Source: Roseibium sp. | GTDB lineage: Bacteria > Pseudomonadota > Alphaproteobacteria > Rhizobiales > Stappiaceae | Length of the DNA stretch: 64,000 bases | Assembly (NCBI GenBank): GCA_039972695.1 | Contig: JBDWMJ010000018.1 | Coordinates: 233,749-297,748, forward strand | Reading direction: 5' to 3' | Shown here: in pieces, positions 28,372-37,165 of the stretch | How positions within the stretch are numbered: position 1 is the first letter of the stretch | How the letters are laid out: each line of letters begins with the position of its first letter | Translations under genes and position numbers: made by a program | The notes under the pieces: generated by a model | What the model was told of the DNA's origin: nothing | Databases searched by the model: none | Seen by the model: only the letters and a program-made list of their open reading frames with translations

Positions 28372-28810
28372 TTTGCCAGACACTTCCGGAAGCAGGTGGG
28401 TTTGAGGGTGTGCGTGCCCGCGAAAGTGGCGGTGTTGCGGCCCTGCATCTTATGTGTCAAATGAGCCACACAAATTGAATGGATGCGTTTTGCATGATTT
28501 CAGGTCTTTACCACAAGGGGCAAAAGCAGCTATCGATATTTGATCGTCACACGAAGTCGATGACTATGATTAAAGCGGTCGCCCGACCGCGCAACCAGGA
28601 GGGCGTACATGACTATTCATCTAATGATGCAAGCTGCTGCGACCTCAGCGGTCCATCTAGGGACTTCCGCCAACTTCTGTTAAGAAGTTAGCCTGAATTC
28701 CACAAACATTTCCGACGTTAGGCTTAAGCCATTTTAGCTCTTGGCTGCATGCGCGATTCTGCGTGTCTGTCGACGTCTCACTACTTATTCTCGACTATCG
28801 GAGACAAGTC

Positions 28811-29278
28811 ATGTCTTTCCGCGATTCTTTTGGGCCATTTGTGCCCATAAATGGACCTGATCTGTTACAGGATGGCCGTGCCGCTCGTCCTGACGTAGAT
28901 TTTCAATCATCCAGTGCAAGTGGTGCTGGTGGGCGCTCTGTTATTCGTTCAATCGCCAACGGCGCGGCTCTCTTTGTTGGAGCAACTGTTGCCTTGACCG
29001 TTTTGCTGTTTTTGCCAGTCTTCTATGGCGAAGTATCGTCAATAGAAGCTGTCAGTGTCAAAGGTGAAATGCTGACTGCATCTGAGTTTGTAACCAAGCT
29101 GAAACACATGTTGTTCGGGACGGCAATTGTTGCACTCTCGCTTGTCAGCTTGATCGCCTCAGCGGCTTTGGCATCGAAACGCCAAAGCTATAGAAGCGTC
29201 GATGATCGTTCCGTGTCATCTCAGGATAAAAAAACGGACCCTGTTCTGACCGCGCTTATAGGTATTCGTCATGTTTAA
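28811..29278 (+). CDS. hypothetical two-TM membrane protein
   Basis: ATG at 28811 preceded by GGAGA. Two hydrophobic helices (AALFVGATVALTVLLFLPVF; FGTAIVALSLVSLIASAALA). Its 3' end overlaps the ABC paralog-2 start by 8 nt. Confidence 0.55.
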   Translation: MSFRDSFGPFVPINGPDLLQDGRAARPDVDFQSSSASGAGGRSVIRSIANGAALFVGATVALTVLLFLPVFYGEVSSIEAVSVKGEMLTASEFVTKLKHMLFGTAIVALSLVSLIASAALASKRQSYRSVDDRSVSSQDKKTDPVLTALIGIRHV

Positions 29279-31109
29279 GTTCTTCGAAGGTCTTGTTGAT
29301 CCGTTTGAGAATACGGAACTTGACGTACCGCCCAAGGGGTTCTGGGCCTTCTGCTGGTATTATACAAAACCTGTATGGCCTGTGCTGGCAGTCGCGTCCG
29401 TCTTGGGGGCTGCCATCGCGACATTGGAAGTGTTCATTTTCACGTTTCTGGGCGATCTTGTGAATTGGCTTGGGACTGAAAACCCGGACACATTCTTTGA
29501 AGATAACTGGGGGCAATTGCTATGGATGGGGATAGTGATCCTCATCCTGCTTCCGGGGCTTGCTGCGATTTGGGAGATGGTGTTCCACCAGGGGATCCTG
29601 GGGACCTTCCCAATGTCGGTGCGGTGGCGGGTTCACCGCTATCTGCTCCGGCAGAGTGTGGCGTTTTACCAGAACGACTTTGCGGGTCGCATTGCCAACA
29701 AACTGATGCAGACAGCACTTGCTGTCCGGGAAGTTGTTACGAGGATCGCGGACATACTCGTCTATGTAATCGTGTATTTTGTCGCGGCTTTGTTCGTTGT
29801 GGCAGATGCAAGTATCTATTTTGCAATTCCATTCCTGGTCTGGCTGTGCGGGTATTTGTTGACGATCAAGATCTTTGTACCGCGCTTGAAAAACGTTTCC
29901 CGTGACCAGGCAGATGCAAGATCGGTCATGACCGGCCATGTTGTTGATGCTTATACTAATATTTCGACGGTCAAGCTTTTTTCCCACGCTGCAAGGGAAG
30001 AAGATTATGCCCGGAAATCAATGACAACGTTTCTGAAGACCGTCTTTCTTCAGATGCGACTGGTGACCGGTATGAACATCACTCTGACCACCTTGAACAT
30101 GTCCCTTCTGTTTGCTGTATCTGCAATGTCAATCGGACTATGGCAGGCAGATCTCGTCACGACGGGTCAAATTACAGTCGCGGTCGCTCTGGTTCTGCGC
30201 TTTCAAGGTATGTCGCAATGGATCTTGTGGGAAATTTCGGGTCTGTTTGAAAACATCGGCACTGTTCAGGATGGCATCAGCACCATTTCCCGTGAGCGGG
30301 ACGTGGTGGATGTCCCAGAGGCAAAAGCTTTGACCGTGGAGAGGGGCGAAATCCAGTTCGACAACGTTCGTTTTCACTATGGCAAAGACTCAGGAGTAAT
30401 CGATAACCTCAACCTCTCCATTAAGGCTGGCGAGAAAATCGGCCTGATTGGACGTTCCGGGGCAGGCAAATCCACTTTGGTAAACCTGCTTCTGCGGTTC
30501 TATGACCTGGAAGGTGGACGAATTGTGGTCGATGGAAATGACCTTGCCAAGGTCAGGCAGGATGATATCCGCGCGAATGTTGGCGTCGTAACCCAGGATA
30601 CGTCCTTGCTGCATCGCTCGATTTTCGAGAACGTCTCTTATGGAACGTCAGATGCCAGTCGTGATGATGTGATTGCAGCTCTGGAAAAGGCGCATGCATT
30701 GGATTTTGTTTACGACCTTGAGGACCAGAATGGCCGAAAGGGATTGGACGCGCATGTGGGTGAACGCGGTGTGAAGCTCTCCGGAGGCCAGCGCCAGCGT
30801 ATCGCAATTGCACGGGTTCTTTTGAAAAATGCACCCATTCTGGCATTGGATGAAGCAACCTCAGCGCTTGATTCTGAGATTGAGATCGCCATTCAGGACA
30901 GTCTGTTTGATCTGATGGAAGGAAAAACCGTGATTGCGATTGCTCATAGGCTTTCCACAATTGCTGCGATGGACCGTCTTATCGTGATGGATAAAGGCCG
31001 AATCATTGAAGAAGGTTCTCACCAAGCGCTTTTGGATAAAAATGGCGTCTACGCGCAGCTTTGGCGTCACCAATCTGGTGGGTTTTTGACCCCGGTTGTG
31101 GCGGCCTAA
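29271..31109 (+). CDS. fused ABC exporter (TMD-NBD), paralog 2
   Basis: Walker A [17 protein letters not shown], Walker B [12 protein letters not shown], H-loop AIAHRL. Collinear with paralog 1 along its full length. Confidence 0.9.
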   Translation: [612 protein letters not shown]

Positions 31110-31420
31110 TACAAAAGAACAAGCGTAAGACCGGACATCAGCACAATTCCGATCTTGCGCTGCTTTGTATAAAAAGGGCAGAAAAGCGGCGCGGGGGGCA
31201 AATAGCCTGCGACAATTGCGTATTCGGTCGTTTGTTGAGCTGGACAAGCGTATCGAAGGGTGCAAAAAGACAATCCGCTTTAGCTGGTGCTCACTAGTGA
31301 TGCATCAGGTTACCGACTAGCCCGGCATGTTGCTGATGATTCTGTACTGCACAGTAGAGAATGTCAGGGCGTGAAACGGGCTTTCGGTACAGGTTGAAAT
31401 GGTTTCGAGAGGACGCGACC

Positions 31421-31984
31421 TTGGCAAACGATACGGATCAGGCGGAACCTACCCGCCGCGATTTCCTCTATATTGCGACCGGCGCCATGGGCGTTGTGGG
31501 CGCTGGCGCGCTGGTATGGCCGTTCATCGATCAGATGAACCCGGATGCCTCCGCTTTGGCATTGGCTTCTATTGAAGTTGATATTTCTGCCGTGGAAGAG
31601 GGGCAGTCAATTACAGTGAAATGGCGCGGTAAGCCCGTGTTCATCCGCAACCGCACAGAAGCGGAAGTGGAAGAATCAAAGACCGTTCCGATCTCCGACC
31701 TCCCTGATCAGTTGGCGCGTAACGCCAACTTGCCAGCAGATGCAGACGCATCAGACGTCCACCGCGGCGTTGAAGGCAAGGAAAACTGGCTCGTGCAGGT
31801 CGGTATCTGTACCCACCTGGGCTGCGTGCCACTTGGTGATGCCGGTGACTATAATGGCTGGTTCTGTCCTTGCCATGGTTCTCACTACGACACAGCCGGT
31901 CGGATCCGTAAGGGCCCGGCTCCCGAGAATCTGTTGATACCGCCGCTTGAGTTCATTACGGACTCGACGGTCAAGATCGGCTAA
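31421..31984 (+). CDS. petA: ubiquinol-cytochrome c reductase Rieske iron-sulfur subunit
   Basis: Rieske boxes CTHLGC and CPCHGSHYD, and a Tat-like TRRDFLY. I prefer TTG 31421 (GAGAGGA 7 nt upstream); the ORF track starts at 31361. Confidence 0.9.
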   Translation: MANDTDQAEPTRRDFLYIATGAMGVVGAGALVWPFIDQMNPDASALALASIEVDISAVEEGQSITVKWRGKPVFIRNRTEAEVEESKTVPISDLPDQLARNANLPADADASDVHRGVEGKENWLVQVGICTHLGCVPLGDAGDYNGWFCPCHGSHYDTAGRIRKGPAPENLLIPPLEFITDSTVKIG

Positions 31985-32008
31985 CGGCAAGAGTTTTAGG
32001 AGACAGCC

Positions 32009-33274
32009 ATGGCTGGACATTCTCAATATGTACCGCAGAGCGCAGCGGCAAAGTGGCTGGAAAGCCGCTTGCCGGTTATTTCGCTCGTTCGCGGATCTTT
32101 CGTAGATTTCCCGACGCCAAAGAACCTCAATTACTGGTGGGCTTTTGGTGGGATTCTATTCTTCGTATTGATCGCACAGATCATCACGGGCATCGTTCTT
32201 GCGATGCACTATACGCCACACACCACTTTGGCGTTCGATAGTGTCGAACACATCATGCGGGATGTGAATTTTGGCTGGATGTTGCGTTACCTCCACGCCA
32301 ACGGCGCGTCGATGTTCTTCATTGCGGTCTACATTCACATTTTCCGCGGCCTTTACTACGGTTCATATAAGGCGCCACGCGAGATCTCGTGGATCCTCGG
32401 TGTGATCATCTTCCTCATCATGATGGGCACGGGCTTCATGGGCTATGTGTTGCCATGGGGGCAGATGTCCTTCTGGGGCGCTACCGTGATCACCAACCTG
32501 TTCTCTGCTATCCCGTTGGTTGGTGAGAACATCGTGATCTGGTTGTGGGGCGGTTTCTCCGTCGATAACCCGACGCTGAACCGGTTCTTCTCCCTGCATT
32601 ATCTGCTGCCGTTCATGATTTTCGGTGTTGTTCTCCTGCACGTTTGGGCATTCCATACGACTGGCAACAACAACCCGTCAGGTGTGCAGCCGAAGACCAA
32701 ACAAGACACGGTCCCGTTCCATCCGTACTATACGATCAAGGATCTGTTCGCGATTGTTGTCTTCATGATCTTCTTCGCATGGTTCGCGTTTTATGTACCA
32801 AACTTCATGGGACACCCGGACAACTACATCGAAGCAAACCCGCTCGTCACACCTGCACACATTGTTCCTGAATGGTATTATCTGCCGTTCTACGCAATCC
32901 TGCGCGCTGTCCCTGACAAGCTCGGCGGTGTTGTTGCGATGTTTGGTGCGATTGCAATCCTGTTCGTCCTGCCTTGGCTTGATACATCCAAGGTGCGGTC
33001 AGGTTCCTACCGTCCGTTGTTCAAGCAGTTCTTCTGGATCTTTGCAGCGAACGCAGTTGCTCTGGGATATCTTGGCGCGATGCCGGCGGAAGGCTGGTAC
33101 GTGGTGTTCTCACAAATCTGCACAGTTTACTATTTCGCTCACTTCCTGATCATCCTTCCGATGCTCGGGTTCCTGGAAAAACCACTGCCTCTTCCCGCTT
33201 CAATCTCAGAAGCGGTTTTGAAAGGTGGTTCTGCCAAACCGGCTGGTGCAACATCTGCACCGGACACGAAGTAA
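32009..33274 (+). CDS. petB: cytochrome b
   Basis: 421 aa with canonical cytochrome b N- and C-domains ([35 protein letters not shown]). Confidence 0.95.
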   Translation: MAGHSQYVPQSAAAKWLESRLPVISLVRGSFVDFPTPKNLNYWWAFGGILFFVLIAQIITGIVLAMHYTPHTTLAFDSVEHIMRDVNFGWMLRYLHANGASMFFIAVYIHIFRGLYYGSYKAPREISWILGVIIFLIMMGTGFMGYVLPWGQMSFWGATVITNLFSAIPLVGENIVIWLWGGFSVDNPTLNRFFSLHYLLPFMIFGVVLLHVWAFHTTGNNNPSGVQPKTKQDTVPFHPYYTIKDLFAIVVFMIFFAWFAFYVPNFMGHPDNYIEANPLVTPAHIVPEWYYLPFYAILRAVPDKLGGVVAMFGAIAILFVLPWLDTSKVRSGSYRPLFKQFFWIFAANAVALGYLGAMPAEGWYVVFSQICTVYYFAHFLIILPMLGFLEKPLPLPASISEAVLKGGSAKPAGATSAPDTK

Positions 33275-33304
33275 CGCGAACCGGATCAGGAGTTATTTGA
33301 GACA

Positions 33305-34144
33305 ATGAGCACCATGATCAAAATGGTTCGATCCCTTCTAGCGGTGGCAACTGTTGCCATTGCAGCCCCGGCACTTGCTGCTGGAGGTAGTGTCGAGATC
33401 CATACCCAGAAGTGGTCCTTCGCTGGCCCATTCGGGAGTTTCGATCGGGCCCAGTTGCAACGCGGTTTCAAAGTTTACCGTGAGAACTGCTCTGCATGCC
33501 ACGGTCTGCGCCAGGTTGCATTCCGCAACCTTGCCGAAGAAGGTGGACCGAGCTTTACCGCTGATCAGGCCAAGGCGATTGCTGCGGAATACACAGTGGT
33601 TGATGGTCCGGACGATGCCGGCGACATGTTTGAGCGCCCGGCTATTCTGGCGGACCGCTTCCCGTCACCGTTCCCGAACGAGCAGGCAGCTCGTGCTTCA
33701 AACAACGGCGCTTATCCGCCTGACTTCTCGCTGCTCGCCAAGGCACGTGCAGCACAACGCGGTTTCCCGTGGTTCGTCTTTGATGCATTTACGCAGTATC
33801 AGGAGAATGGCCCGGACTACATCTTTTCGCTGCTGACTGGATATGAAGAAGATCCAGAGGGTATCGAAGTTCCAGACGGGCAATATTACAACCACTCGTT
33901 CCTGGCCGGTAAGTTCATTTCGATGGCGCCGCCGCTTTATGACGAAGCTGTTGAATACACAGACGGCACACCGATGACGACTGCACAGTATGCGCGGGAT
34001 GTTGCAGCATTCATGATGTGGACTGCTGAACCACATTTGGAAGCACGCAAGAAAATCGGTTTCCGTGTGATGATCTTCCTGATCATCTTTGCTGGCCTGT
34101 TGTACTTCACCAAGAAGAAGCTGTGGCGCAACGTCGAGCACTAG
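33305..34144 (+). CDS. petC: cytochrome c1
   Basis: Signal peptide, haem motif CSACHG, and C-terminal TM anchor. Confidence 0.9.
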   Translation: MSTMIKMVRSLLAVATVAIAAPALAAGGSVEIHTQKWSFAGPFGSFDRAQLQRGFKVYRENCSACHGLRQVAFRNLAEEGGPSFTADQAKAIAAEYTVVDGPDDAGDMFERPAILADRFPSPFPNEQAARASNNGAYPPDFSLLAKARAAQRGFPWFVFDAFTQYQENGPDYIFSLLTGYEEDPEGIEVPDGQYYNHSFLAGKFISMAPPLYDEAVEYTDGTPMTTAQYARDVAAFMMWTAEPHLEARKKIGFRVMIFLIIFAGLLYFTKKKLWRNVEH

Positions 34145-34170
34145 GCTCGTTGCTCATCAGTAGATACCAA

Positions 34171-34198
34171 AAGGCGGGCTTCTAGCCCGCCTTTTTTC
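34171..34198 (+). terminator. rho-independent terminator after petC
   Basis: GGCGGGCT-tct-AGCCCGCC followed by TTTTTT. Confidence 0.85.
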
Positions 34199-34275
34199 GT
34201 TTTATGGCTGTTCAAGCTTGGGCCTGCTTGCTAATCAGCTGGGAGATCCAGATATTCAGTGTGTTGGGAAATCCT

Positions 34276-35157
34276 ATGGCGGAAGCAGTTCTTGGAATAA
34301 TTGGTGGCTCCGGCATTTACGATTTGCCGGGATTGGAAAACTCCGAATGGATTACTGTCGAGAGCCCTTGGGGCACACCGTCTGATCAGGTGCGAATTGG
34401 GTCTATAAATGGCCTGAAAATTGTGTTCCTGCCACGACATGGTCGCGGTCACGTTTATTCCCCGACTTCAATAAATTATCGGGCCAACATCGATGTTATG
34501 AAACGTTGCGGTGTGACCGACCTTTTGTCCGTGTCTGCGTGTGGTTCATTGAAAGAAGAATTGGCGCCCGGGACTTTTGTTCTGGTCGACCAGTTCATTG
34601 ATCGCACGATTGCGCGCGAGAAAAGCTTCTTTGGAACGGGCTGCGTTGCCCATGTGTCCATGGCAACACCGACAAGCCCTAAACTCGTAGACGCTGTTGC
34701 AGCCGCTGGTGAAGCAGAAGGTCTCACATGCCACAAGGGCGGTACCTATCTGGCGATGGAAGGTCCTCAGTTTTCTTCGTTGGCTGAGAGCGAACTCTAC
34801 CGGTCCTGGGGATGTGCCGTGATTGGCATGACCAACATGCCGGAAGCTAAACTCGCTCGCGAAGCAGAGATATGCTACGCGACGGTCGCCATGGTGACAG
34901 ATTACGACAGCTGGCATCCCGATCACGGCGTAGTGGATATTCAGGCGATCATCAAGGTCCTGCATGACAATGCTGAAAACGCGCAGCGCCTGGTCGCCCG
35001 CGTTGCCCGAGACATGCCTAAGGAACACCAATCCTGCCCGGCGGGTTCCGACACTGCCTTGGAATTTGCCATGATGACAGCACCAGATAAACGTGATCCG
35101 GAACTTGTTGCCAAACTGGATGCGGTTGCTGGTCGAATTCTGAACAGCACTGACTAA
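34276..35157 (+). CDS. mtnP: S-methyl-5'-thioadenosine phosphorylase
   Basis: GIIGGSGIYDL, PRHGRGH, MTNMPEAKLAREAE. The ATG at 34276 gives the canonical N-terminus; the ORF track starts at 34204. Confidence 0.9.
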   Translation: MAEAVLGIIGGSGIYDLPGLENSEWITVESPWGTPSDQVRIGSINGLKIVFLPRHGRGHVYSPTSINYRANIDVMKRCGVTDLLSVSACGSLKEELAPGTFVLVDQFIDRTIAREKSFFGTGCVAHVSMATPTSPKLVDAVAAAGEAEGLTCHKGGTYLAMEGPQFSSLAESELYRSWGCAVIGMTNMPEAKLAREAEICYATVAMVTDYDSWHPDHGVVDIQAIIKVLHDNAENAQRLVARVARDMPKEHQSCPAGSDTALEFAMMTAPDKRDPELVAKLDAVAGRILNSTD

Positions 35158-35280
35158 GGCAAACAGCGGATACTCGTCGTGCTAAAGTGCTACGACCGAT
35201 CCATTAAACTTGATATAAGCGGCGGTTGAGGCCAAGAAGTCTATTGTGTCGCTTGCACTTGAATTCAGGAAAATAAACCG

Positions 35281-35829
35281 ATGATTGACCAGACAGTCCA
35301 GGATGAACTGATCAGCGCGATTCGCACGATCAAGGACTACCCGCAAGAGGGCATCCTGTTTCGGGATATCACAACGCTCTTGGGCAATGCGCGTGCGTTT
35401 CGCCGGGCTGTCGATGCGTTGGTCCAGCCTTGGGCTGGATCCAAGGTTGATCAGATTGCGGGTATTGAGGCGCGGGGATTTATCCTTGGTGGTGCAGTGG
35501 CTCATCAGCTTTCCGCTGGCTTTGTTCCTATCCGCAAGAAAGGCAAATTGCCATACGAGACTGTACGCATCGCCTATTCTCTGGAATACGGTCTGGATGA
35601 AATGGAAATGCACAAGGATGCGATCCAACCCGGTGATCGGGTGATCGTCGTTGACGATTTGATCGCTACAGGCGGTACGGCCGAAGCTGCCTGCAAGTTA
35701 CTGAGATCCATGGGCGCCAATATTGAAGCTGCATGTTTCATCGTCGATTTGCCGGATTTGGGTGGACGCAAGAAACTGGAAGATCTCAAAATTCCTGTGC
35801 GGACTCTGGTCGAATTTCCAGGGCATTGA
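35281..35829 (+). CDS. apt: adenine phosphoribosyltransferase
   Basis: PRPP-binding motif [16 protein letters not shown]. The 182-aa length is typical of Apt. Confidence 0.95.
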   Translation: MIDQTVQDELISAIRTIKDYPQEGILFRDITTLLGNARAFRRAVDALVQPWAGSKVDQIAGIEARGFILGGAVAHQLSAGFVPIRKKGKLPYETVRIAYSLEYGLDEMEMHKDAIQPGDRVIVVDDLIATGGTAEAACKLLRSMGANIEAACFIVDLPDLGGRKKLEDLKIPVRTLVEFPGH

Positions 35830-35835
35830 TCCTCA

Positions 35836-36495
35836 ATGGAGGGAAGCGCTGAGGGCACCGGGAGTCCCGAGTTTTCGAGGGAGTTCCGGAAAGGATTTGA
35901 AACCTTGCTGAAGTGGCGCCGAGATGTGCGCCGTTTCAAGACTGATGCTGTTCCTCAAGATACCCTCGGCCATATTCTGGACCTTGCAGACCTGGCTCCT
36001 TCTGTTGGCAACAGCCAGCCGTGGCGTATTGTGTCTGTTGAGAGCAATGCAAGCCGCGCTCAGGTGATTTCTTGTTTCGAAGAAGAGAATGCCGCTGCTG
36101 CGAAGGCTTATGACACTGAGAAAGCGATTCATTATCGCGATCTGAAACTTGCCGGGTTGCGCGAAGCGCCGGTTCATCTCGCCATCTTCTGTGACATGGA
36201 TCCAGAACAGGGGCATGGGCTCGGTAGGGCAACCATGCCGGAGACACTGGCTTACTCAGTGGTCAGCATGATCCATACGTTCTGGCTGGCTGCACGCGCC
36301 GAAGGGGTTGGCATGGGGTGGGTCTCCATTCTTGACCCAGTAAAGGTTGAGAACATCCTTGAGGTTGACGATAGCTGGCAGCTCGTGGCTTATTTATGCG
36401 TCGGGTATCCGGAAGAAGAACATATTGATCCGGAATTGGAACGGGTGCGCTGGCAAAGCCGGAGCCCAATGGAAACGCGGTTGTTCCGCCGCTAG
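35836..36495 (+). CDS. bluB: 5,6-dimethylbenzimidazole synthase (nitroreductase-fold)
   Basis: LLKWRRDVRRFKTDAVPQDTLGHILDLADLAPSVGNSQPWRIV... and WVSILDP, typical of BluB. Confidence 0.8.
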   Translation: MEGSAEGTGSPEFSREFRKGFETLLKWRRDVRRFKTDAVPQDTLGHILDLADLAPSVGNSQPWRIVSVESNASRAQVISCFEEENAAAAKAYDTEKAIHYRDLKLAGLREAPVHLAIFCDMDPEQGHGLGRATMPETLAYSVVSMIHTFWLAARAEGVGMGWVSILDPVKVENILEVDDSWQLVAYLCVGYPEEEHIDPELERVRWQSRSPMETRLFRR

Positions 36496-36504
36496 GGAGT
36501 GCTA

Positions 36505-36984
36505 ATGTCCGCTACGATCCGCGCAACAACCTCTGAAGATCATCCCGATGTTCTCAAGCTATTGAATCAACGTTGGACCTCACCCGATATCCTGATCGAC
36601 GGTGAAATGATCGATGCTTCCAGGCTACCTGGATACACTGCTTGGGCAAATAATGAGCTCGTCGGGCTGGTTACCTTGATAAAGCGGGAAAATGAGTGGG
36701 AAATCCTGACACTTGATTCCATCAATCGATGGGGAGGCGTCGGCAGCCTGCTTCTGGATGCCGTTGTCAATGAAATTAAGTCGACCGGGATAAACCGTCT
36801 AACAGTTCGCACGTCCAACGATAATCTGGATGCTTTCCGTTTTTATCAGCGTCGTGGTTTCAGACTGGAGCGGATCGGGCAGGGAGTGATTGATCGGGAG
36901 CGCGAATTGAAACCCGGTATTCCGCTGCGAGGAGACTACGGTATCGAAATTCATGATGAAGTTCTGTTTGCGCTGAGCGTCTAG
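36505..36984 (+). CDS. GNAT family N-acetyltransferase
   Basis: RWGGVGSLLLDAVV (motif A) and FRFYQRRGF. Start is ATG 36505 or GTG 36499. Confidence 0.75.
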   Translation: MSATIRATTSEDHPDVLKLLNQRWTSPDILIDGEMIDASRLPGYTAWANNELVGLVTLIKRENEWEILTLDSINRWGGVGSLLLDAVVNEIKSTGINRLTVRTSNDNLDAFRFYQRRGFRLERIGQGVIDRERELKPGIPLRGDYGIEIHDEVLFALSV

Positions 36985-37023
36985 CATTCTCCTATGAGTC
37001 AACCAACTGCATTTTAACAGTAA

Positions 37024-37050
37024 CACCTCAGCGATCCGGTTGCTGAGGTG
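37024..37050 (+). other. 9-bp perfect hairpin without U-tract
   Basis: CACCTCAGC-N9-GCTGAGGTG, 40 nt after the GNAT stop. Confidence 0.4.
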
Positions 37051-37098
37051 CTGCTGTTGCATTGCGCTGCACAATAACTATAATTCAACGTAATTCTT

Positions 37099-37137
37099 AT
37101 GCGCTCAAAAGCTTATATTTGAGTGCGCATATTTTTT
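37099..37137 (+). terminator. terminator-like hairpin with T6 tract
   Basis: ATGCGCTCAAA-N8-TTTGAG(T)GCGCAT followed by ATTTTTTG. Ends 28 nt before the O-methyltransferase ATG. Confidence 0.55.
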
Positions 37138-37165
37138 GTCGAGTATATCTGGAGGAATTTACTTT

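Noticed and set aside
34199-34275. Possible SAM or cobalamin riboswitch ahead of mtnP / bluB
   Set aside because: The leader is only about 75 nt and shows no SAM-II/SAM-V or B12-box-like sequence by eye. An Infernal scan would be needed to exclude one formally.
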